This document shows, piece after piece, positions 28,591-36,937 of a stretch of DNA of 64,000 nucleotides; the stretch's first letter is position 1; each line of letters starts with the position of its first letter. Source of the DNA: Candidatus Eiseniibacteriota bacterium (lineage in GTDB: Bacteria > Eisenbacteria > RBG-16-71-46); the NCBI GenBank assembly GCA_963744995.1, contig CAVUWA010000009.1, forward strand, positions 480,001 through 544,000. Reading direction: 5' to 3'. The position numbers were made by a program, and so were the translations under genes. Below the pieces are notes generated by a model. It searched no databases, had not been told where the DNA came from, and worked only from the letters and a program-made list of their open reading frames with translations.

Positions 28591-29262
28591 TCAGCCGGCC
28601 CGCTCCACGTCCATGAGCAGCCGGCCCGCCGCGCGCGCCAGCGCATCGCTCCATTCGTGCCCGCCGTCGAATACCAGCGCTTCGGCGTCCGGGCGCTGCG
28701 TGCGCAGGTGCGCGACGTCGGCTTCGAGCCGGGCCGGCGTGTACCACTCGTCGCGGGCCCCGGTGGCGGCCAGCACGCGCGGCCAGGAACGGGACGCGCC
28801 GGCCTTGAGCTCCGGCGGCACGTCGCCGCAACAGGCCACGATGCCCGCGCATTCGCGGCGGCCGAGCAGCGCGGCGCGATAGGCCATCGCCACACCCTGC
28901 GAGAAGCCGGCGAACACGATCGCGCGCGGCGCCCCGAACTCCGCCGCCAGCCGGTCGAGCACGGTGTCCACCCATCTCACGTTGTCGGCGATCGCCAGCT
29001 CGCGGTCCTGGGAAGTCATCCATCCTGCGACGATCGCCTGTCCGCGCCGCGTGTAGTAGCGGTTCAGTCCCTGCACCGACGCCGCGAGCCAGCCCGTCCC
29101 ACGCGGCACGCGCTCGAGCGACGTCATGAATTCATCCGCGGTCTGCCCCTGGCCGTGGAAGCCCACGAACCACGCCGCACGGCCCGCCGCCCGGTGCGGG
29201 CGCACGACATAGCGGCCGTGGACTTCGGTCGTGGCGTGGCGCAGCAGGGGAGCGTCGGTCAT
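28591..29262 (-). CDS. Phospholipase/carboxylesterase (alpha/beta hydrolase)
   Basis: FHGQGQ, GFSQG nucleophile elbow, D and GGH catalytic residues. Confidence 0.9.
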   Translation of the reverse strand: MTDAPLLRHATTEVHGRYVVRPHRAAGRAAWFVGFHGQGQTADEFMTSLERVPRGTGWLAASVQGLNRYYTRRGQAIVAGWMTSQDRELAIADNVRWVDTVLDRLAAEFGAPRAIVFAGFSQGVAMAYRAALLGRRECAGIVACCGDVPPELKAGASRSWPRVLAATGARDEWYTPARLEADVAHLRTQRPDAEALVFDGGHEWSDALARAAGRLLMDVERAG

Positions 29263-29376
29263 GGCGCGGCAGTATAGCCGCAGATCGTGGCGGAACCGGT
29301 GGAATGCGCCTCGCAGGGCGCCGGACCCGCCGCGAATCGGGCCGGGCCGCTACCGGTCTGCCGCCGTACTCCGGCG

Positions 29377-30297
29377 TCAGGAGCGGACGCGGACCTCGGA
29401 GCTCCGGGTGCCCGGGATCGCGGAGCTGTCCGGTACGATCGCCGCCAGCGACCCCCGTGCGCGCCAGAACAGCCAGGCCGTGATTCCGATGGTCAGCGCC
29501 AGCGCAATGCCGAATTCACCCGTCAGCCAGCGCGTCGCGCCCCGGTCCACCGTCACGCGGTCGAAGAACTCCTGCACGTAGAGGTTGTGGACGCCATGCA
29601 GGATGGCCGCGGGCCAGAGGCTGCCCGAGTGCAGCCGCAGCCACGCGAGCGGGAACGATACCGCGATCACGCTCATGGCGAAGCACAGGATGCCGTACCA
29701 GGCAGGCGTTCCCGCGTTGTAGTCCGAGAAGACGATGAGCGGCAGGTGCCACACCGCCCAGATCAGTCCACTCACCACCGCCGTGCGGGTGAAGGACAAC
29801 CGTTCGGCGAGGGCGGGCACGAGGAAGCCGCGCCAGCCGATCTCTTCGCCGGTCGCGAGCAGCAGGCTGGAGAAGGTTCCCATCCCGACGAACAGCCAGG
29901 GGTTGAGCTCGAACTTCGCCAGATCGACGCCGCCGAGTCCCGTGAGCCAGACGCCGCCGTACGCGACGATCGCGTAGCCGATCGGCACCGCGTAGGCGAG
30001 CCCGGCCCAGCGCCACGCCGGCCAGCGCCAGCCGAGGCCGCGCACGTTGCGGTGGAAGACGAGCCGTGCGCTGAGCGCGCCTACGGCAGGACACCACATC
30101 AGGGGGAACACCCAGCCACCGGCCGGTCCTTCGAGTCCTCCGCCCGCGATGATGATCCGATAGAAGATCGCGCTCAGAGCGAACGTCACCACAAGGAACG
30201 TCAGCAGCTCGCCGCGCGAATGGGCGGCGAGCGCAGCGGCGTCTTTCGCGCGTACAGCGGCGCGGGCCGGACCGGAGGACGCGGGGGGCGTCGACAT
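29377..30297 (-). CDS. CPBP (Abi/CAAX) intramembrane glutamic endopeptidase
   Basis: GEEIGWRGFL, WAVWHLP, SLWPAAILHGVHN. Confidence 0.92.
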   Translation of the reverse strand: MSTPPASSGPARAAVRAKDAAALAAHSRGELLTFLVVTFALSAIFYRIIIAGGGLEGPAGGWVFPLMWCPAVGALSARLVFHRNVRGLGWRWPAWRWAGLAYAVPIGYAIVAYGGVWLTGLGGVDLAKFELNPWLFVGMGTFSSLLLATGEEIGWRGFLVPALAERLSFTRTAVVSGLIWAVWHLPLIVFSDYNAGTPAWYGILCFAMSVIAVSFPLAWLRLHSGSLWPAAILHGVHNLYVQEFFDRVTVDRGATRWLTGEFGIALALTIGITAWLFWRARGSLAAIVPDSSAIPGTRSSEVRVRS

Positions 30298-30384
30298 GAG
30301 GCCCGCGACGTTATCACAGGAACGCGGCAGACCCGGCGGCGGATCGGCCTGCCGAACGCCTCCGGCTTGAGGTAGATTCCCGCG

Positions 30385-30755
30385 ATGCCGCTCTGTCCCG
30401 GTGCCCGACTCGGCGTCCATCAGATCCTTTCTGCGCCCGGCGCAGGGGGAATGGGCGAGGTCTACCGCGCACCGGATACGCGCCTCGGCCGTGAGGGGGC
30501 GGTCAAGGTCCTGTCCGCCGCCGTCGCCACCCATGCGGAGCGCCTGGCCCGATTCGAGCATGAGGCCCGCACCGTGATCGCGCTCAACCGAGGCGGGCTT
30601 CAGGCGTGCCATCGAGCTCAGCCCGAGCTGCGCCGACGCCTGCGACCTCCATGGAGGCCTGTGCGCGTCGCTCGAGCGCTTCGATGGGGCGATCGAGCTC
30701 GAGGCACCACCATCCTCGATTCGTCGCATTGCCGGAGCAGATGAAGCTCCTCTAG
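30385..30755 (+). pseudogene. Internally deleted Ser/Thr kinase-TPR pseudogene
   Basis: Kinase N-lobe (GAGGMGEVYRAPDTRLGRE...EARTVIALN, 30385-30588), then in other frames a TPR piece (EAGFRRAIELSPS..., 30590-30703) and the C-terminus (HPRFVALPEQMKLL*, 30708-30755). Confidence 0.8.
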
Positions 30756-30812
30756 TACCGGCGAGCGCGGCCCGAATCCCCTCATGGCGGAACGTCCCGG
30801 AAAGGAGGCGAG

Positions 30813-32033
30813 TTGCGCGACACGACGCTGCTGTTCCTGACCCGCTCGCTGCGACTTTTCGCCTACGGCTTCCTCTCCATCGTCCTCGTTCTCTACCTCG
30901 CTGAGATCGGGCTCGGTGACGCGGTCGTCGGTGCCCTCCTTGCGCTGACCCTGCTGGGTGACGCCGGCATCTCCCTGTGGATCACGACGCGGGCCGATCG
31001 CGTGGGGCGCCGGAGGATGCTGATCGCCGGCGCGCTCCTCATGTTCGCGGGTGGCGCCGTGTTCCTGCTCACCCAACGCATCGAGTGGCTCGTATTCGCC
31101 GCGATCGTGGGCGTCGTGAGCCCGAGTGGCAAGGAAGTGGGACCGTTCCTGTCGATCGAGCAGGCGGCCCTTTCGCAGCTCGTGCCCGACCGCGACCGCA
31201 CGCGCGTCTTCGCCTGGTACAACCTCGCAGGATCGTTCGCGACGGCCATCGGAGCGTTGGTCGCCGGCTGGATCACGCACCTGGCGGTGGGACACGGCCT
31301 GTCCCCGGTCGACGCCTACCGCATGCTGCTGGGCGCGTACGCCGCCACCGGTCTGGCGCTGGCGGGCATGTTCGCCGGCCTGTCGTCGGCCGTAGAGACG
31401 CCACCGGCGACGGAACCGGGTTCGGCCCGGATACGCTTCGGCCTGCACCGATCGGGTCCGATCGTGGCGAGGCTCAGCGCCCTGTTCGCCCTCGACGCCT
31501 TCGCGGGAGGCTTCATCCTGCAGAGCGTGCTGGCCTACTGGTTTCACGTCCGATTCGGCGCCAGCACGGTCGCGCTCGGCAATCTGTTCTTCGCCGCCAA
31601 CCTCCTCGCGGCGGCGTCCGCGCTGCTGGCGCATCGCATCGCACGGCGCATCGGACTCGTGCGCACCATGGTCTTCACGCATCTGCCGTCCAACGTGCTG
31701 CTGGTCCTCGTGCCCCTGATGCCGAATATGGCGGGGGCCATGGCCCTGCTGCTGGCCCGCTTCGCGATCTCGCAGATGGACGTGCCGACGCGTCAGTCCT
31801 ACACGATGGCGGTCGTGGCCCCGGATGAGCGCGCGGCGGCCGCCGGCGTCACCGGCATCGCCCGCTCGCTGGGCGCCGCCCTGGCGCCCGCGATCGGCGG
31901 CACGCTGATGCTCGGCGGAACGGGCGCGCCGCTGTTCATCGCAGGCGGGCTCAAGATCCTCTACGACATGCTGCTCTACCGCGCATTCCATGGAATGCCG
32001 GCGCCGACGGATCCGAACGCCCGCGGGGGCTGA
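30813..32033 (+). CDS. MFS transporter
   Basis: TTG after AAGGAGG; ADRVGRRR motif A, ISQMDVPTRQSY; multi-TM. Confidence 0.92.
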   Translation: MRDTTLLFLTRSLRLFAYGFLSIVLVLYLAEIGLGDAVVGALLALTLLGDAGISLWITTRADRVGRRRMLIAGALLMFAGGAVFLLTQRIEWLVFAAIVGVVSPSGKEVGPFLSIEQAALSQLVPDRDRTRVFAWYNLAGSFATAIGALVAGWITHLAVGHGLSPVDAYRMLLGAYAATGLALAGMFAGLSSAVETPPATEPGSARIRFGLHRSGPIVARLSALFALDAFAGGFILQSVLAYWFHVRFGASTVALGNLFFAANLLAAASALLAHRIARRIGLVRTMVFTHLPSNVLLVLVPLMPNMAGAMALLLARFAISQMDVPTRQSYTMAVVAPDERAAAAGVTGIARSLGAALAPAIGGTLMLGGTGAPLFIAGGLKILYDMLLYRAFHGMPAPTDPNARGG

Positions 32034-32118
32034 GCGGGGTCGGGCCGCGCCACACGCCCTGCGACATCCGCGCCGCGCATTCGTCGATACCGATGGATGG
32101 AGGTCCGGGAGCCGACGG

Positions 32119-32223
32119 ATGACACCCGAACACGATCAGCGGATCTCCGAGGTCGTCGAGCGCGAGCCATCGCGGCTGCGCCGTTTCATCCGCCGCCGGG
32201 TGCCCGATGCGCAAGACGCCGAG
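32119..32223 (+). pseudogene. N-terminal remnant of an ECF sigma-70 factor
   Basis: MTPEHDQRISEVVEREPSRLRRFIRRRVPDAQDAE resembles the start of ECF sigma region 2; similarity stops abruptly. Confidence 0.6.
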
Positions 32224-32489
32224 GCCGGTGCCACTGGCGGAATCCCGCCGCATGGACCGCGACGTTCCGTCCGGAAGCGAGGACGCCGGGACCTGAAACG
32301 GATGACGAGGGTTGCAACTCCGGCTGCACCATGCAGACCGGCGCCGCGCTGCCATCCGGGCCCGGCACTGACATGGTGGCAGCACGGGTGACGGGGCCAT
32401 CGTCCGGCGCATCGGGGCGAGCCCCGGTCCGCGCCCGCAACTGCGGGCGTAACGCGCGCTTGCCGTGCAGGCAGCGAGGCCGCGCTGCG

Positions 32490-32505
32490 TGGCACGGCAG
32501 ATGCG
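32490..32505 (+). promoter_or_regulatory. Candidate sigma-54 promoter for the gamma-lyase gene
   Basis: TGGCACG-GCAG-ATGCG (GG-N10-GC) about 150-190 nt before the CDS. Confidence 0.45.
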
Positions 32506-32689
32506 ATCCGTGGCGCGTGGTGAGGTTCGTCGGTCATGCCCGCAGGGATGCCGGTCGGATGCGACGTCCATCCGCCTCGCCGAACCCGACGTTGCGACAG
32601 ACGCCGGGCCCAGCCTGAACGAATCGCATGTGAACGAACGTGAGGTGGTCATGACGCTCCGAATGCCCGACTCCCATAAGGAGTCCGAT

Positions 32690-33895
32690 GTGGAACGCAG
32701 GAAGACGCCATCGAACGATACAGGAGAGCAGAAGGGATTCATCACCCGGCTGGTTCACGCCGGAATGCCCGGCGACGCCTACGGCAGCGCCGTCATGCCG
32801 ATCTACCAGACCTCCACGTTCGCCTTCCGTGACGCGCAGGAAGGCGCCGATCGCTTCGCCGGGAAGGCGGACGGCTACATCTACACGCGTCTCGGCAATC
32901 CCACCATCCATGCGCTCGAGTCGTGCGTCGCCGACCTCGAGCAGGGCGTGGACGGCGTCGCCACCAGCTCGGGCATGGGCGCGGTCCTCACCGCGTACAT
33001 GGCCCTCCTCGATCAGGGCAGCCACGTGGTCAGCACCGCATCCGTTTACGGGCCGTCCCGGGGACTGCTGGAGGATCATTTCGCCCGCTTCGGCGTGACG
33101 GCGTCGTTCGTGGATACCTCGATCGTCCGCAACGTGCAGGATGCGATCCGCCCCGAGACGCGCATCGTGTACGTGGAGTCGCCCGCCAATCCGTCGATGC
33201 AGGTCACCGACATCCGCGCGGTCGCGGCCGTGGCGCACGAACACGGCTGCCTGCTCGTGGTCGACAACACCTTCGCCTCGCCCTATCTGCAGAAGCCGCT
33301 CACCCTGGGCGCCGACGTGGTGCTGCACTCGGTGACCAAGTTCATCAACGGTCACGCCGACGTGGTGGGCGGCATCCTGGTGGCCAGGACGCCCGAGCTG
33401 GTCCGTCGCCTGCGCTCGGTCATGATCGCCAGCGGCTGCAACATGGACCCGCATCAGGCGTTCCTCGTGCACCGCGGCATCAAGACGCTCGCCCTGCGCA
33501 TCGATCGCGCCCAGGCTTCGGCGGCGCGCATCGCGACGTGGCTCGAGGCGCGGCCGGAAGTCGCCTGGGTGCGCTACATCGGCCTGCCATCGCACCCGCA
33601 GTACGAACTGGCGAGGCGGCAGATGAGCGGCGCCGGCGCGATGATCGCCTTCGAGCTCAAGGGCGGCTACGCCGCGGGCGAGCGGCTCATGAACCGGGTG
33701 CGGCTCGCGACGCTGGCCGTCTCGCTCGGCGGGGTGGAGACGTTGATCGAACACCCGGCGTCGATGACGCACGCCAGGGTCGCGCCGGCCGAGCGGCTCA
33801 AGGCCGGCATCAGCGATGGGCTCGTGCGTTATTCGGTCGGAATCGAGGAGCCCGGAGACCTGATCGAGGACCTGCGACAGGCGCTGGAAGGGTAG
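32690..33895 (+). CDS. Methionine gamma-lyase / cystathionine gamma-lyase (Cys/Met metabolism PLP enzyme)
   Basis: PIYQTSTF, YTRLGNPT, SSGMGA, ESPANP, DNTFASP, HSVTKFINGHAD (PLP Lys), AVSLGG, HPASMTH. Alternative ATG at 32651. Confidence 0.93.
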   Translation: MERRKTPSNDTGEQKGFITRLVHAGMPGDAYGSAVMPIYQTSTFAFRDAQEGADRFAGKADGYIYTRLGNPTIHALESCVADLEQGVDGVATSSGMGAVLTAYMALLDQGSHVVSTASVYGPSRGLLEDHFARFGVTASFVDTSIVRNVQDAIRPETRIVYVESPANPSMQVTDIRAVAAVAHEHGCLLVVDNTFASPYLQKPLTLGADVVLHSVTKFINGHADVVGGILVARTPELVRRLRSVMIASGCNMDPHQAFLVHRGIKTLALRIDRAQASAARIATWLEARPEVAWVRYIGLPSHPQYELARRQMSGAGAMIAFELKGGYAAGERLMNRVRLATLAVSLGGVETLIEHPASMTHARVAPAERLKAGISDGLVRYSVGIEEPGDLIEDLRQALEG

Positions 33896-34248
33896 GACGG
33901 CGGGGGTCCGTGACCGCACGGCCCGGATGGGCCGCAGCCGTGCGCCGGACCCCCGGTCGTGCGGGCCCGGCCCCATCGCCACGCCGCCGGGCGTGAAGGC
34001 CCGAGCCCCGGCGCGCGCGCGCTTCCCGGCTCGGGAGCCTGTTCTGCATCGCGCTCGCCGCCATGGCGCCGCATCCCGCCGTCGCGGGTGTCACCGAGAT
34101 CCCGCCCGCATTCCGCCCCGGCCCGCCGAGCGGCGGGACCGGTGATGGCCTCGACGTCCGGTACAAGGACGTCGCCACCAACGCCGGCTGCTCGATAACT
34201 AACGGATCCGGGCCTCGCCTGCTGCGGAGTCCGGGGCCGCGCGGCGGT

Positions 34249-35157
34249 TCAGGAGGCGGCCGGCGGCGGGCCGTACATCTGATCGGGCGTCAGGACGTCG
34301 GGGAAGCGGGCGCGCAGCGCGCGTCGCACGTGATCGCAGAGATGGCAAGCATCGGCCCACGCGTCGCCGCACGGAACCCGGTAGCGCCGCGCCAGCTCGG
34401 CCGGGCCACCGGCGAGCAGCGGGCCGGTGATCGGATGCGCGTCCGGATCATACGCCGCGCAGATTTCGGTGAGTGGAGTGCGGAACACGTTTCCCAGCGA
34501 GAGCCCCTGGCAGACGTGCACGTGGCCGAAAGGATCGACGTGGACCCGGCCCGGCTCGCGTAGGTCCTCGAAAGGACACTCGTCGAAGCGATCCCGGGGC
34601 AGGAGAGTCGCGCGCCGCGCGAGTGTGGCGGCGGCGCGCCCGCGATACATGACCCTCGACTCGGCTGCGGGCAACTGGCCGACGGTGGAGGCGGCGCCGT
34701 CGACCCCGGGCCGCGCGATCGCAATGGTCCCAGCCGGGATCCCCAGGGTCCCCGCCGCCCGCAGGGCGCACTGCGCGCGGACGGCCTGATTCGCGTCACC
34801 ATGATACTCGTCGCAGCTCACCGAGAGGTCGTCGAGGGACCCTGCAAGATCACGCAACCACTCGACGGCGTCCTCGTGCGTGGTCGCCCAGTAGCCATTG
34901 CTGACGAGTCCCACCTTGAACCCGAGCAACGCGGCGCGGCGAACGCCGTGACGCAGAATCGCGTGATAGAGGAACGGTTCGCCGCCTTCGAAGTAGATCC
35001 ACTCGATCGTCCCCAGGTCCACGGCCTGGTGGAGGATCTCGTCGACCTGCCCGATCGTGAGCGTGCCGTGCTGCCGCGGGCCCGACCAGACGAAGCAGTG
35101 ATCGCACTCGTAGTTGCACTCGCAGGTGAGCAGCAGATGCAGGCCCGTCAGTCGCAT
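34249..35157 (-). CDS. Radical SAM protein with Cys-rich C-terminal domain
   Basis: CNYECDHC (CxxxCxxC), FEGGEPFL, SNGYW; C-terminal C...C...CHLC. Confidence 0.9.
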   Translation of the reverse strand: MRLTGLHLLLTCECNYECDHCFVWSGPRQHGTLTIGQVDEILHQAVDLGTIEWIYFEGGEPFLYHAILRHGVRRAALLGFKVGLVSNGYWATTHEDAVEWLRDLAGSLDDLSVSCDEYHGDANQAVRAQCALRAAGTLGIPAGTIAIARPGVDGAASTVGQLPAAESRVMYRGRAAATLARRATLLPRDRFDECPFEDLREPGRVHVDPFGHVHVCQGLSLGNVFRTPLTEICAAYDPDAHPITGPLLAGGPAELARRYRVPCGDAWADACHLCDHVRRALRARFPDVLTPDQMYGPPPAAS

Positions 35158-35399
35158 GAAACCTCGCCGTCGATGAGGCTCGCCTCGCCCTCGCGGCGAC
35201 CTCCCGTTCCGCACCTCCGACTCTAGGCCGGTCCACCGCACGGCTCCAGTGCTCCATTCGGACCAGAAAGCGGGCGGGCGGGCCCGCTGGCCGCGGAGCG
35301 GGCGACCCGGGCAGCGGCGCTGCGGGGGCGGGGCCCGGCGCGGGTGTATCCTTCCCGTCTCGCTGTGCAGCTCGAGCCCATCGCCGCAAGGAGGAACCC

Positions 35400-36857
35400 A
35401 TGCGCCTGACGCCGCCCGCCCGTGCGCTCCGCGTGGGAGCGACCCTGTGCCTCACGGGGTGCCTGTCTGCCGCCACGTCCCAGGCGACGCCGATTCCGCT
35501 GCTGGACATCGGAGGGGCGGCCTTCGTCGGCCAGAGCCCGCAGGGCCCGCTCGACGAGCCCGTCGAAGTCACGAGCGTGGCGCAGTTCAACACGACTTTC
35601 GGCAGCTCGACCGCCGGACTCGCCAACCCGTACCTCGCACCCTCGGTCGCCGCATTCTTCGCCAACGGCGGACAACACCTGTGGGTCGTGCGCTCCGCGG
35701 GCGCCGACGACGCGTCGCTGATCGGCGTGGATGGTGGCCCCGGCGCGCGCACGGGACTGCAGGCGCTGATCGACGTGGAGGGTGCCGGCGCCGTCGCCAT
35801 TCCCGGCGCGACCTCGCAGGCGGTGCAGGCAGCGATGATCGCGCACTGCGAGGCTATGGGCGACCGCGTGGCGTTGCTCGATCCCGTCTCACCGATTGAT
35901 CCCGATGGGGTGATCACGCAGCGATCGGGGCTGGCGAGCGCCGACGGCTGGGCGGCCCTCTACTTCCCGTGGCTCGTCGCCGCGCCGGCCGGCGCCACCC
36001 AGACCCTGCCGCCGAGCGGCTTCGTCGCGGGCATCTTCGCGCGCACGGCTCCGCCGGATTCGCCCGCCGGGCCGACCTACGGCGTGGTCACCACCGCCAC
36101 CGACGTGAGCTACGCGGTGACCAGCACGCTGCAGAACACGCTCAACCCGCTGGGCATCGACGCGATCCGCTGGTTTTCGGGACAGGGCGTGCTGGTCTTC
36201 GGGGCACGCACGCTGGCGAGCAACTCCGAGTGGCAGTACGTGCCCGTGCGGCGCGTGGGCCTCGCCCTCGAGAAGTCCATTCACGACGGCACCGAGTGGG
36301 CGGTCTTCGAACCCAACGACGAGACGCTCTGGGCGCAGTTGCGTTCGGACATCGGCGACTTCATGTTCGCGCGGTACCAGGAAGGCTGGTTCCAGGGCAT
36401 CAGTCCGGACGAGGCGTACTTCGTGCGCTGCGATCGGACCACCATGACCACGACCGACATCGAAGAAGGGCGCACGGTGATCCTGGTCGGCTTCGCGCCG
36501 CTCGCGCCGGCCGAGTTCATCGTTCTGAGGATCGTGCAGCAGCGCGCCGGATCCGTGGCGGTGACACCGGAGCGCCCGACGTTCGCGCTGCGGCCGGCGC
36601 GCCCGAACCCGGCTGCCGGTCTGACCCGACTGTCGTTCGAGCTGCCGCGGGCCCTCCCCGTGTCATTGCGCATCCTCGACGTGTCGGGGCGCAGCGTGCG
36701 TACGCTCGCGGCAGATGAGCCGATGGCCACGGGGCCGCACGAGCGGGCATGGGACGGCCGTGACGATGCCGGGCTGCGCGTCCCCGCGGGCGTCTATCTG
36801 GTGCGGCTGCAGGCGGGAGAGCGGACGATCGCACGGAGGATCGCACGGATTCGCTGA
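35400..36857 (+). CDS. Phage/eCIS tail-sheath domain protein with signal peptide and C-terminal FlgD-Ig/T9SS-like domain
   Basis: AAGGAGG RBS; signal peptide; AAFVG..GP, FFANGG, HCE..DRVALLDP, ALYFPW, PPSGFVAG, LNPLGI, GARTL, YVPVRR, VFEPND, EAYFVRCD, PAEF; then PNP...DVSGRSVRTL...WDGRDDAG..VPAGVYLVRL. Confidence 0.88.
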   Translation: MRLTPPARALRVGATLCLTGCLSAATSQATPIPLLDIGGAAFVGQSPQGPLDEPVEVTSVAQFNTTFGSSTAGLANPYLAPSVAAFFANGGQHLWVVRSAGADDASLIGVDGGPGARTGLQALIDVEGAGAVAIPGATSQAVQAAMIAHCEAMGDRVALLDPVSPIDPDGVITQRSGLASADGWAALYFPWLVAAPAGATQTLPPSGFVAGIFARTAPPDSPAGPTYGVVTTATDVSYAVTSTLQNTLNPLGIDAIRWFSGQGVLVFGARTLASNSEWQYVPVRRVGLALEKSIHDGTEWAVFEPNDETLWAQLRSDIGDFMFARYQEGWFQGISPDEAYFVRCDRTTMTTTDIEEGRTVILVGFAPLAPAEFIVLRIVQQRAGSVAVTPERPTFALRPARPNPAAGLTRLSFELPRALPVSLRILDVSGRSVRTLAADEPMATGPHERAWDGRDDAGLRVPAGVYLVRLQAGERTIARRIARIR

Positions 36858-36937
36858 GCGTCATTCGCGGCCTCATCGATCTGCTAAAGTAGAGACCTCC
36901 GCTGGGCGACCGGCAACGATCTCGAAAGGACGTTCCC

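Noticed and set aside
32230..32690. SAM or other riboswitch upstream of the Met/Cys lyase
   Set aside because: I could not find the SAM-I core motifs or a terminator U-tract by eye; an Infernal scan would be decisive.
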